A stretch of DNA of 64,000 nt from an uncultured Acidobacteriota bacterium (lineage in GTDB: Bacteria > Acidobacteriota > Vicinamibacteria > Vicinamibacterales > UBA2999): NCBI GenBank assembly GCA_963843885.1, contig CAWJMJ010000015.1:127822-191821 (forward strand). The letters are read 5' to 3'. Every line of letters begins with the position of its first letter. Within the stretch, counting starts at the first letter, position 1. Under the pieces are notes generated by a model. The model saw only the letters and a program-made list of their open reading frames with translations, had not been told where the DNA came from and ran no database searches. This document shows, piece by piece, positions 44,988 to 53,986 of this stretch. Position numbers and translations under genes: made by a program.

Positions 44988-46493
44988 TCACCGCGGCATG
45001 GTCATCAGGGCGGCCAGCATCTCTATTCCCTCCCACAGATTCTGCAGCCGCAGGTTCTCGTCGGGTCCGTGCTGGTTGTTGTCGAAGTTGACGATTGACA
45101 CCCCCACCGTCGGCATCTTGTAGAGGTCGCTGAAGGTGCCAAACGGCAGGCCGCCGCCGAGGGTGGGCAGCTGGACCGGCGGCACGCCGCGCATGGTCAG
45201 CGCTTTGACCACGGCCTGCGCGTTCGGATCGTCCATCGAGACCCGCGACGCGGCCGAGCCGCGCCGGGCGTCGACGCGGGCAATGAGCGCGTGGCGGCGG
45301 CGTTCCTCGTCGGTCGGTTCGCGGTTGGCGATGACGAAGTAGCCCTGGGCCCGCACGTGCTCGGTGATGCGGGCGTTGACCGTCTCGGGCACGAGGTCCT
45401 TGACCATCCGCACCTCGATGCGCGCCGTCGCCGATCCGGGAATCGCGGAGCGGCCGGAGATGCCGCTCGTGGACATCTCGAGGATGCTCAGCGTCGGCTC
45501 GTTGAGCTTGGCTTCGAGCCGCTGGTCGGGACGTTCGGGCCGGGCCACGCCGAAGTCGCGCGCCAGCACCGCCTCGACGTCGGGCGCGGCCGCCAGCGCC
45601 GCGCGCTCGGTCGGCGTCAGCGGACGCACATCGGTGTAGAAGTCCTTGATGAGAACGCGGCCCTGGTCGTCTTTCATGGTGGCCAGCAGCTTGGCCAGCC
45701 GCATCGACGGATCGGGCGCCCAGTTGCCGTAGTTCCCGGAGTGCAGGTCGCTCTTGGCTCCGTAGATGGTGACGGTCACGCCGGCGCCACCGCGCACGCC
45801 GAAGTAGACAGTGGGCCGGCCGCTCGGATGCCGCGGCCCGTCGAGCGTCACCGCCAGGTCGGTCTTGAGCGCGTTGGGCCGGGCCTCGGCAAAGCGCCGG
45901 AAGTTGGCCGAGCCGGCCTCTTCCTCGCCGTCGAGGACCACCCGCACGTTCCAGGTCCGCGCCGTGCCGGTGGCCGCGAGCGCATCGACGGCGTTCAAGA
46001 GCGCCACGATCGGCCCCTTGTCGTCGGAGGTCGAGCGGCCGTAGAGCCGCCACTCGGGGTCGAAGGTGGTGCGCGCCGGGTCGGCCGGCACCGCGCCGGC
46101 GGCGCTGAACAGGCAGGGCGTGAACGGCTGGCAGCGCGTCCATTCGGACGGGTCGACCGGCTGGCCGTCGTAGTGGATGTAGAAGGTCAGCGTGCCGACG
46201 GCGTTGGGCGTATCGAGCTGACCGAAGACCACGGGCGAGCCTGGCCCGCCCACCGTCTCGACCTTGAAGCCGCGCTTGCTCAACAGGCCCGACAGATGGT
46301 CGGCGTTCTTCTTCATGTCGGCGTCGTTGCCGGCGACGTTGGGCAGCGAGACGAGGCCGACCAGTTCGTCGACGATGGCCCGTTCGTGCGCGGCGCGCCA
46401 GGCGCTGACGCCAGCCGGCTGCGCCGCCGCGCTGGCAACGAGCAGCGGCGCGGTCGCCATGAGAGCCAGCGCGATTCGAGCCATCTGCCGCAT
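44988..46493 (-). CDS. Secreted M20-family dipeptidase / peptidase
   Basis: Intact 501-aa ORF with a signal peptide. Motifs: HYDGQP, GRSTSDDKGPI, DGEEEAGS, NQHGPDE. GGAGGAGG Shine-Dalgarno upstream. Confidence 0.8.
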   Translation of the reverse strand: MRQMARIALALMATAPLLVASAAAQPAGVSAWRAAHERAIVDELVGLVSLPNVAGNDADMKKNADHLSGLLSKRGFKVETVGGPGSPVVFGQLDTPNAVGTLTFYIHYDGQPVDPSEWTRCQPFTPCLFSAAGAVPADPARTTFDPEWRLYGRSTSDDKGPIVALLNAVDALAATGTARTWNVRVVLDGEEEAGSANFRRFAEARPNALKTDLAVTLDGPRHPSGRPTVYFGVRGGAGVTVTIYGAKSDLHSGNYGNWAPDPSMRLAKLLATMKDDQGRVLIKDFYTDVRPLTPTERAALAAAPDVEAVLARDFGVARPERPDQRLEAKLNEPTLSILEMSTSGISGRSAIPGSATARIEVRMVKDLVPETVNARITEHVRAQGYFVIANREPTDEERRRHALIARVDARRGSAASRVSMDDPNAQAVVKALTMRGVPPVQLPTLGGGLPFGTFSDLYKMPTVGVSIVNFDNNQHGPDENLRLQNLWEGIEMLAALMTMPR

Positions 46494-46529
46494 CGAACAC
46501 CTCCTCCACGAAAGCGAGACCGGGCGATT

Positions 46530-48230
46530 CTACTGTCGCCGGGGTTTGCGCAGGGCCGCCGGGGTGAGCCAGGTTTGCGCCCCGGCCAGGGTCACGTCGA
46601 CGAGCACGGCCAGCATCGCCGCGGGAATCGCGCCCGACAGGACCATCCGGGTGTCGGCCAGGGCCAGGCCGGCGACGATCGGATCGCCGAGCCCGCCGCC
46701 CCCGACGAACGCCGCCAGGGTGGCGGTGCCCACGTTGATGACGGCCGCCGTGCGTACCCCGGCCATGATCACCGGCATGGCCAGCGGCACGCGCACCCAG
46801 GTCAGCACCTGCCACGGCGTCATGCCCAGCGCTTCGGCGGCGGCGATGGCGCCGCGGTCGGCCTCGCGCACGCCGGTCACCGTGTTGCGGGTGATGGGAT
46901 AGAGCGAGTAGAGGAACAGCGCGGCGATGGCCGGCGCGGTACCGATGCCGAGGACCGGCAGCATGAATGCCAGCAAGGCGATGCCGGGCACGGTTTGCAG
47001 CAGGCCCACGCCGCGCGTGACCGGTTCGGCAAAGCGCGTGCGGCTGAGCGCCACCCCGCCGGCGATGCCTGCGAGGATGGCCGCCGCCAGCGACACTCCG
47101 GCCAGCCACAGGTGGCGCGCGCTCATCGCCGCGATCGCCGCCCGCCGCTCCCACAGGTAGCGGGCCAGCGACACCTCCCCCGCGGTCGTGACCGGCCTGC
47201 CCACCGGCGCGCCGCCGCGCACCAGTCCGAGGTCGACCAGCGCGTCGTGGGCCACCGTGGCGATGGCCTCGCCGTTCACTTCGACGCGAGCGTTGAGCGA
47301 GCGCATGCGTTTCACGTCGAGCCGGCCGCTCAGTTCGGCCAACGCCGCCACCGCCCCTGGCCGCGCCCGCGCCACCGCCCCCCGGACCATGGCCGCCGCG
47401 TCGTAGGGCGGGAAGAAGCGCCGGTCGTCCTCGAGCACCGTCAGGGGATAACGGGCCAGCAAGCCGTCGGTCGAGTAGGCGTCGATGATGTCGACCTCGC
47501 CGTCCACGAGCGCGCGGTACTTCACCGCCGGAGCCAGCGCGCTCACCGTCTTCGGCGCCAGGCCGTAGGCGCGGCGCAAGCCGGGCAACCCGTCGGGCAA
47601 GCCGATGAAGTCGGCGGTGAACCCAGCCCGCATGTCGCCGCTGACCGCCGCGAAGTCGCTGAGCGTGCGCAGCCCGAGGCGCTGCGCCATCTCGGTGCGC
47701 ACCGACATCGCATAGGTGTTCTCGAAGCCGAGCGGCGCCAGCCAGCGGACGTCGAACTGCCGCGCGAACTCGCGCGAGACCGTGTCGAACACGACCGCGG
47801 GATCGCTTTCGACGGGCGCCTTGAGGATCACCAGCAGGCCGGTACCGGTGTACTCCGGAAAGACGTCGATGGCGCCCTGGCGCAGGGCCGGGAAGGCAAT
47901 CTCGGTGCCGCCGAGGCCGAAGCGGCGCGTCACCGGCAGGCCGCGGGCCTCGAGAATCTGCGCGAACAGCTCGGCCAGCAGGTAGGACTCGCCGAACGGC
48001 TTGGAGCCGACCACGACGGGCCGGTCCAGGTCGCCCGGCGCGTCGACCGGTCGGGCGCCGTCCGTCGGCGTATCGACCTGTCGAGCGTCGCCCGGCGCGT
48101 CGACCTGGCGGGCGGCGGCACCCGTGGCCAGCGCTGCGACAAGCAGCGCCGCCAGCCCCCACCACACACCAGCACGGCGGGCCGGCCAGATCGCGGCGTC
48201 GTTCGCGATGACGCGGGCCCGGCCGATCAT
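46530..48230 (-). CDS. Glycine-betaine/osmoprotectant-type ABC transporter, fused substrate-binding and permease protein
   Basis: Intact 566-aa ORF. The OpuAC-like binding domain reads VVVGSKPFGESYLLAELFAQILE...DVFPEYTGTGL. It is followed by a 5-6 TM permease with the EAA-type loop AAEALGMTPWQVLTWVRVPLAMP. Confidence 0.8.
   Translation of the reverse strand: MIGRARVIANDAAIWPARRAGVWWGLAALLVAALATGAAARQVDAPGDARQVDTPTDGARPVDAPGDLDRPVVVGSKPFGESYLLAELFAQILEARGLPVTRRFGLGGTEIAFPALRQGAIDVFPEYTGTGLLVILKAPVESDPAVVFDTVSREFARQFDVRWLAPLGFENTYAMSVRTEMAQRLGLRTLSDFAAVSGDMRAGFTADFIGLPDGLPGLRRAYGLAPKTVSALAPAVKYRALVDGEVDIIDAYSTDGLLARYPLTVLEDDRRFFPPYDAAAMVRGAVARARPGAVAALAELSGRLDVKRMRSLNARVEVNGEAIATVAHDALVDLGLVRGGAPVGRPVTTAGEVSLARYLWERRAAIAAMSARHLWLAGVSLAAAILAGIAGGVALSRTRFAEPVTRGVGLLQTVPGIALLAFMLPVLGIGTAPAIAALFLYSLYPITRNTVTGVREADRGAIAAAEALGMTPWQVLTWVRVPLAMPVIMAGVRTAAVINVGTATLAAFVGGGGLGDPIVAGLALADTRMVLSGAIPAAMLAVLVDVTLAGAQTWLTPAALRKPRRQ
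48030..48105. repeat. Imperfect ~28-bp tandem repeat (3 units) encoding the (A)RQVDxPxD linker of the binding protein
   Basis: GTCGCCCGGCGCGTCGACC occurs exactly at 48030-48048 and 48087-48105, with a diverged unit (GTCCGTCGGCGTATCGACC) between them. The peptide is ARQVDAPGDARQVDTPTDGARPVDAPGD. Confidence 0.6.
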
Positions 48231-48970
48231 GCCGAGGCTCCGACGCGGGCGCGCCGCAGCAGTTCGGCGACGTAGGGCGTGGCCGGCGCCGACACCAGCC
48301 CTTCAGGCGTGGCCACCTGCGCGATCCGGCCGTCGTGCATCACCGCCACGCGGTCGGCGACCAGGAACGCCTCGTGCAGGTCGTGCGTGACCAGCAAGGC
48401 CGCCATGCCGGTGCGACGGCGCAGCGCCAGGAACAGCTCCTGCACGTCGCCGCGGGTGATGGCATCGAGGGCCCCGAACGGCTCGTCGAGCAGCACGATG
48501 CGCGGCCCGGCCGCGAGGGCGCGCGCGAAGGCCACGCGCTGGCGCTGCCCACCCGAGAGTTCGTGCGGCCAGCGCGCCCCGAACTGCTCCGGCGGCAGGC
48601 CCACGCTGTCGAGGGCGGCGGCGGCCAGCGCCGCGCTGTCGGCCCGCCCGGTCAGCACCGGCACGAGCGCGGCATTGCGGCTCACGGTCCAGTGCGGCAA
48701 GAGCCCGCCGTCCTGCGGCACGTAGCCCACGGCCCGACGCAGCGCCACCGGGTCGGCGGTGGCCACGTCCTCGCCGTCCACGCGCGCTTCACCGGCATCC
48801 ATCCGCGTCAGCGCATTGAAGACGCGCAGCAGCGTGCTCTTGCCCGAGCCGCTTTCGCCGACCAGGGCCACGCATTCCCCGTGCGCCACGGCCAGCGACA
48901 CGGCGTCGAGGGCGGTCACCGGGCCGAACCGCCGGGTCACGCCGCGCGCGTCGAGCGCCAGGGTCGCCAC
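48227..48970 (-). CDS. ABC transporter ATP-binding protein (osmoprotectant uptake type)
   Basis: Walker A GESGSGKST, signature LSGGQRQR, Walker B IVLLDEPFGALD, H-loop VTHD. The stop overlaps the permease start (ATGA). Confidence 0.85.
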   Translation of the reverse strand: MATLALDARGVTRRFGPVTALDAVSLAVAHGECVALVGESGSGKSTLLRVFNALTRMDAGEARVDGEDVATADPVALRRAVGYVPQDGGLLPHWTVSRNAALVPVLTGRADSAALAAAALDSVGLPPEQFGARWPHELSGGQRQRVAFARALAAGPRIVLLDEPFGALDAITRGDVQELFLALRRRTGMAALLVTHDLHEAFLVADRVAVMHDGRIAQVATPEGLVSAPATPYVAELLRRARVGASA

Positions 48971-48973
48971 GAC

Positions 48974-49693
48974 TCAGAAGCCCACGAACATGCCCACGGC
49001 CGCCGCCGGCGCCGAACGGGCGCCTTCGGTGAAGGCGATGCCGGCCGTCCGCCACACCCAGCGGAGTTCGCCGGTCACACCGACCGGCCGGATGCGGCCG
49101 GAGCCGCCGCGCAGCCACCAGCGCAGCCCGGCGCCGCCGTGCCAGGTGCGGCCGGTGTCCACCAGGACGTTGTCCGCGTGGAGCTGCCGCAGGTAGCCGC
49201 CTCCGGCGGTCAGGTACGATCGGACCCGCCGGCCGCCCACCCGCGGCAGTTGATAGAGGAGGGCGACGTCGATGACGTAGTCCGACACCCGCTCGGTGGC
49301 CGCGACGTTGGGAGCGCCTTCGGCGTCGGCCGAAATCGCCGTCGTGAGCGTAGGCCGCGACGCGGCTGCCCGCAGCGACACCGCCCACCTCCGGCTGATC
49401 GGCACGGCCATCGACAGTTCTCCGCCCCCGCTCCCGCCCAGCGTGCTGTCGGTCGCAAACAAGGTGAACGGCGCCGCCGTGGCCGGCCCGACCGCGGCCG
49501 GGCGCATGGTGGCATCGACGCGGCCCAGGTCCTGTGACCCCAGCCACGCCGCGGCGACGCTGATCACCGGACGCCAGCGACGCAGCGCCGGCTCGGTGGG
49601 CGCGCCGTCCTGCGCCTGCACCGCGCCCGGCGCCAGCCCGAGCAGCAGGGCCGCCGCCACGACGAGCGTGAACGCGGCACGCCCGGCGGTCAT
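48974..49693 (-). CDS. Putative outer-membrane beta-barrel protein
   Basis: Signal peptide MTAGRAAFTLVVAAALLLGLAPGAVQA. The pattern of alternating hydrophobic residues fits beta strands, and the C-terminus is ...AAVGMFVGF (terminal Phe). Confidence 0.5.
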   Translation of the reverse strand: MTAGRAAFTLVVAAALLLGLAPGAVQAQDGAPTEPALRRWRPVISVAAAWLGSQDLGRVDATMRPAAVGPATAAPFTLFATDSTLGGSGGGELSMAVPISRRWAVSLRAAASRPTLTTAISADAEGAPNVAATERVSDYVIDVALLYQLPRVGGRRVRSYLTAGGGYLRQLHADNVLVDTGRTWHGGAGLRWWLRGGSGRIRPVGVTGELRWVWRTAGIAFTEGARSAPAAAVGMFVGF

Positions 49694-50685
49694 CGTGGCC
49701 GCGCCTCGATCACGACCGGGGCGGTGGTGCCGCCGCCTTGCACGACCACCACCTTGGCGGCGTAGGTCACGGCAAAGTCGATGTCGACGCGTCCCGGGGC
49801 GAAGAAGCTTTCTACGTCGGCGTCGTCGAGCGGCTCGACGCGCAGCACGTAGGGCCCGGGCGCCAACCCCCCGATCACGAACCCGCCGTCGTCGCCCAGC
49901 GCGAACCCGCCGATCAGCGCGCCCGAGACCAGTTGAAACGCCACCACGTGCGCGCCGTAGACCCCGCGGCCGCCCTTGGTCACCCGGCCCTGGATGCTGC
50001 CGACTTCGCCGTCGGGCGTCGCGTCGTAGAGGTCGCGCACGCCGGCGAGGTCATCGGGCTGAAGCGCCCGGTCCACGACGCTGCCCGCCGGCATGGCAAT
50101 CGGGAACATGATCGAGCCGCTCGCCAGCATGCGCCGGCCGGAGCCGCTGACCTCGGTCTCGCCGATAGCCGAGTGGCCGAGGCCGAGCAGGTGTCCGAGT
50201 TCGTGCAGGGCCACCGCTTCCAGGTCGTTGGCGCCGGCATCGCCAGCCGCGGCGGTGGACCAGCGGAAGCGCGTGTTGAAGTAGACATCGGCTTCGAGGA
50301 TCTGCCCGGTGACGGCGTCGAGCAGGAACGTCGTGGCGCCGAGCACGCGCTCCTGATCGGGCCGGTCGAGGAAGCCGATGGTCGAGCGGCCGTCGGTTTC
50401 GTTTGGTTGACTGCGCGTCAGCCCCTGGGCGCTGAACGACACGGGCAGTCCCGGGGTGCGGCTCCACGTGGCCGCCGCCCGGCCAATCGCGTCGCTGAAC
50501 GCCTGGGGCGAGATGCCGCCGAACTCGCGTTCGGTGATGAAGTACGGAATCGGCCCGGCCGCCCAGCGGACCGGCACGACCCGGTCGCCCACCTCGACGC
50601 CGAACTTCAGATAGGCGTGGGCCGGGACGGCCAGCGGCGCCACCAGCAGCAGCGCCACGAGCAGGCGGTGCGCGGCCCGGCTCAT
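49690..50685 (-). CDS. Secreted matrixin-like (M10) zinc metalloprotease with C-terminal carboxypeptidase-regulatory-like domain
   Basis: HELGHLLGLGHS matches HExxHxxGxxH, followed by a Met-turn candidate (SIMFP). The C-terminal GSIQGRVT...VLRVEP fits a beta-sandwich domain. Start and stop both overlap neighbours by ATGA. Confidence 0.8.
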   Translation of the reverse strand: MSRAAHRLLVALLLVAPLAVPAHAYLKFGVEVGDRVVPVRWAAGPIPYFITEREFGGISPQAFSDAIGRAAATWSRTPGLPVSFSAQGLTRSQPNETDGRSTIGFLDRPDQERVLGATTFLLDAVTGQILEADVYFNTRFRWSTAAAGDAGANDLEAVALHELGHLLGLGHSAIGETEVSGSGRRMLASGSIMFPIAMPAGSVVDRALQPDDLAGVRDLYDATPDGEVGSIQGRVTKGGRGVYGAHVVAFQLVSGALIGGFALGDDGGFVIGGLAPGPYVLRVEPLDDADVESFFAPGRVDIDFAVTYAAKVVVVQGGGTTAPVVIEARPR

Positions 50686-51224
50686 CGCGCGTCACCGACG
50701 GCGCGCACGTCGGCGGCAAAGGTCGCCAGCGAGCGCACGACGCGGGCTGACGTGCCGCGCGTGACCGGGGTCGGCACGGCGGCCGCGTGGATGGGCGACG
50801 GCACGACCATCGATCGGCCGGGCGTGGCTGCGGCCGAGACGCGGTAGACGCCAAGCGACAGCCCCACCGGCTCGGGCAGGAGGGGCGCGCGTCCGCGCAG
50901 GAACACGACCACCTCGTCGCCGGCGCGGAAGACCGGCGCCCCGGGCACGACCAGGATGCGGCCGCCGGCTTCCCCGCCCGGCACCACGAAGGTGGCCGTC
51001 TCGGTGGCGGTGCCCTTGAAGGCGTCGACGACCTCGAGCGTGACCGTGGACTGGATGGTGCGGCGGTCGGCGGTCCACGCCGCCTCGACGCGCCGGACCC
51101 GGCCGTGCACGACCGACGCCGACTCGCGCACCAGTTCCTCGAAGGTGGCCGGCAGCACGGTGAGCGCGCCGGCCGGGGCCGGCACCATCATCGTCAGAAG
51201 CATCGCCATCGCCGTCATGCGCAT
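50682..51224 (-). CDS. Secreted hypothetical protein, first gene of the protease operon
   Basis: Intact 180-aa ORF with signal peptide MRMTAMAMLLTMMVPAPAGA. No recognised motif. Confidence 0.5.
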   Translation of the reverse strand: MRMTAMAMLLTMMVPAPAGALTVLPATFEELVRESASVVHGRVRRVEAAWTADRRTIQSTVTLEVVDAFKGTATETATFVVPGGEAGGRILVVPGAPVFRAGDEVVVFLRGRAPLLPEPVGLSLGVYRVSAAATPGRSMVVPSPIHAAAVPTPVTRGTSARVVRSLATFAADVRAVGDAR

Positions 51225-51230
51225 GGCTTG

Positions 51231-51236
51231 AGTCTA
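51231..51236 (-). promoter_or_regulatory. Candidate -10 box TAGACT, 6 nt upstream of ATG 51224
   Basis: Minus strand reads TAGACT-caagcc-ATG. Confidence 0.4.
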
Positions 51237-51275
51237 CCCTGCGGCTCGGCGGCGGCGCCGGGCACGCGCACGAGA

Positions 51276-52439
51276 TCAGCGCCGGCCGCGGTCGGCCACG
51301 TCGAGGACGGCCGCGGCCACGCGCGCGGCCAATCCCGGCGGCCCGAGCTTGGCGCGCGTTTCAGCCAGCCGCGCCCGCGTGCGTTCCCAGCGATCGCGAT
51401 CGCGCAGGAAGGCGGTCGTCTCGGCCGCCACCGCTTCCGGAGTGCACGCGTCCTGGATCAGCTCGGGCACGATGCGCTCGCCCGCCACCAGGTTGGCCAT
51501 GGCGTAGGTGTCGATGGTGACGAGCGGCTTGCCGAGCGCGTAGGTGAGCGGCGAGAGCTTGTAGACCACCACCATGGGCCGCTCGTGCAGCGCGGTCTGC
51601 GCAGTGGCGGTTCCCGAGGCGGTCACGACCACGTCGGCCGCGCGCAAGACGTCGTCGGTGCGGCTCTCGACGATCGGGAGTCCGGCCACGGCGGCGGTGA
51701 GCGGCGCGAACTCGGCGTCGTGACGGCCAGGGGCGCGGGCCACGACGAACTGCACGCCCGGCACCTGCGCCGCGATGATCGGGATGGCGGCGGCCAGCAC
51801 CGGCACCAGCCGTGCCAGTTCGTTGTGGCGGCTTCCGGGCAACAAGGCAACCACCGGGCGGGCCGGGTCGAGAGCCATCGACACCCGCAGCGCCGCCTGC
51901 TCCGCGGCGGCCTGCGCGGGGTCGGCCGGCACCGCCGGCACCGCGTCGACCAGGGGATGGCCGAGGAACTGCACCGGCACGCCCGCCCGTTCGTAGAGCG
52001 CGGCTTCGAACGGGAAGATGGGCAGCGCCAGGGTGACGTGGCGGCGCATCGTCGTCATGCGTTTGGGCCGCCACGCCCACAGCTGTGGCGTGACGTAGTA
52101 GACCACCGGGATGCCGCGGGTGGCCAGGCGCGACATCAACTGGAAGTTGAAGTCGGGATAGTCGATGAGCACGACCGCATCCGGCCGCGTCTCTTCACAG
52201 GCCGCGACCAGCCGGCGCAGCATGCGGAAGGTGGCCGGCAGCACGCGCAACGCTTCGGTCAGGCCGGTCACCGACAGGCCGGCGTACTCGCCCACCAGGC
52301 GGACCCCGGCCGCGGCGCAGCGCGGACCGCCGAAGCCGAACACGTCCAGGCCGGGCCGGGCCGCGCCCAGGGCCCGGGCCAGGTCCGCCGCGTAATGATC
52401 GCCGGACGGCTCGCCGCACGAGACCATCACCCGGGTCAT
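51276..52439 (-). CDS. lpxB: Lipid-A-disaccharide synthase
   Basis: Intact 387-aa ORF. Motifs: VSCGEPSGDHYAADLARAL, LIDYPDFNF, YYVTPQLWAWRPKR, LLPGSRHNE. Confidence 0.9.
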   Translation of the reverse strand: MTRVMVSCGEPSGDHYAADLARALGAARPGLDVFGFGGPRCAAAGVRLVGEYAGLSVTGLTEALRVLPATFRMLRRLVAACEETRPDAVVLIDYPDFNFQLMSRLATRGIPVVYYVTPQLWAWRPKRMTTMRRHVTLALPIFPFEAALYERAGVPVQFLGHPLVDAVPAVPADPAQAAAEQAALRVSMALDPARPVVALLPGSRHNELARLVPVLAAAIPIIAAQVPGVQFVVARAPGRHDAEFAPLTAAVAGLPIVESRTDDVLRAADVVVTASGTATAQTALHERPMVVVYKLSPLTYALGKPLVTIDTYAMANLVAGERIVPELIQDACTPEAVAAETTAFLRDRDRWERTRARLAETRAKLGPPGLAARVAAAVLDVADRGRR

Positions 52440-52467
52440 GCCGGTCCCTGGCGTGGCGATGACCGGC

Positions 52468-53986
52468 CTACTGCTGCGCGCCGGGGCGCACCCGGCGCAG
52501 ATCGGCGGCGGTGAGGTCGAGCTCGGTGATGGGAATGCGCTCGATGTTGGTGAAACCGGCGCCCGCCAGACCGGACATGAACTTGTCGGCGTCGCCCACG
52601 AGCACCACCGACAACTGCGCCGGCTTCAGCCAGGCGCGGGCCACGCGCTGCACGTCGTCGACCGTGACCGTGCGCACGCGCTCGGGGTAGGCCGGCAGGT
52701 CGTCCAGCGGCAGCTCGTAGAACAACTGATTGAGCACCCGCGTGGCGATGGCGTCGGGCGACTCGACCGACAGCGGGAAGCTGCCAGCCAGGAAGTCCTG
52801 TGCGCCTTCGAGTTCGCCCTCGTAGACCCGCTCGCGCTGCAGGCGCGCGAACTCATCGACGACCGTGCGCAGGGCCTCGACGGTGCCCTCGGTGCGCGTG
52901 TCGGTCTCGGCCACCACGGCCCCCGAGTCACTTGTAGGCGTCGAGGTCGGCGGAGGCGCCGTAGGTCAGGGCTTTCTGTGAGCGCAGCACCTGCTGCAGG
53001 CGGTTGCCGCCTTCGCCACCCAGAATCTTGACCGCCTGGTCGAGCGGCAGGTGGTCGGGATGGCGGCGCGGGATCGCCAGGTTGCCGGCGCGGATCTCGG
53101 TCTGCACCGAGCCGGGCTTGTCGATCGACGACCAGGCGGCGCACGGGCGGCGGCGGCTCGATCGGCAGGTAGGGCGGCACCGTGCCCTTGACCCACCCGC
53201 CGAACACCCGCTCCACCTGCTTGAACGCTTCGTCGGGCGTGATGTCGCCGACCAGCGCGATGAAGGCGTTGTTCGGCACGAACCAGGTCTTGTGGAAGTC
53301 GACGAAGTCCTCGTCGCGTCAAGCGTGGCCAGCGACTCGGCGTGCCGCCCGACGGCATGCCGTAGGGATGGAAGCCGAAGATCAGCCGGTCGATGACCTG
53401 CGAGGCGACGGTATCGGGATCGTCGGCCGCGACCGTGAGCGACGACACGGCCTGCGAGCGCTGCCGCTCAATCTCTTCCGCCGCGAAGGCCGGGTGCCGC
53501 ACGACGTCGGCCATCAGGTCGAGCGCCGCGCCCAGACCGTCCTTCATGCTGACCGCGTTGACGAAGCTCAGGTCGGACCCGGCGCCCGGTGCCCATCAGG
53601 CCGCCCATGAAGTCGATCTCTTCGGCGACCTGTGCCGGCCGACCGCGTGGCCGTGCCCTGGTCGAGCAGCGCCGCCGTCAGCATGCGCCAGGCCGGCCTT
53701 GCCCTTGGGGTCCTGCGCCGCGCCGGCGCGCACCAGCAGCCGGGCGCTGACAATCGGCTGTTCGTTCTGGCTGCACGACCACGACCTGCAGGCCGTTGGC
53801 GAGCGTGCGAATCTCGTAGGGCGGGAACTTGACCGGCTTGGCGGCAGCGGCCGGGGCGGACGCTCGGAAGGCCAGCGCAGGGCGTCGGCGCCGCGCTGAC
53901 CGGCCGAGCGACCGACGCACGCCACCATCACGACGATGGCGGCGACGAGCGACGACTGCGGTGACGCGAAACGCTCGGCGGCTCAT
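52468..53986 (-). pseudogene. M16-family peptidase, second (non-HxxEH) subunit, many frame changes
   Basis: Fragments lie in at least 5 ORFs. Examples: KPVKFPPYEIRTLANGLQVVVVQ; NEQPIVSARLLVRAGAAQDPKGKAGLA; MKDGLGAALDLMADVVRHPAFAAEEIERQRSQ...FGFHPYG; NNAFIALVGDITPDEAFKQVERVFGGW; the C-terminal 149 aa are intact (52468..52917). The ATG overlaps the upstream stop (ATGA). Confidence 0.75.

Noticed and set aside
44935-48275. 1076-aa (minus) and 994-aa (plus) ORFs covering the M20 and ABC importer region
   Set aside because: They have the same shadow-ORF composition. The real genes (44988-46493, 46530-48230) occupy another frame and carry clear family motifs.
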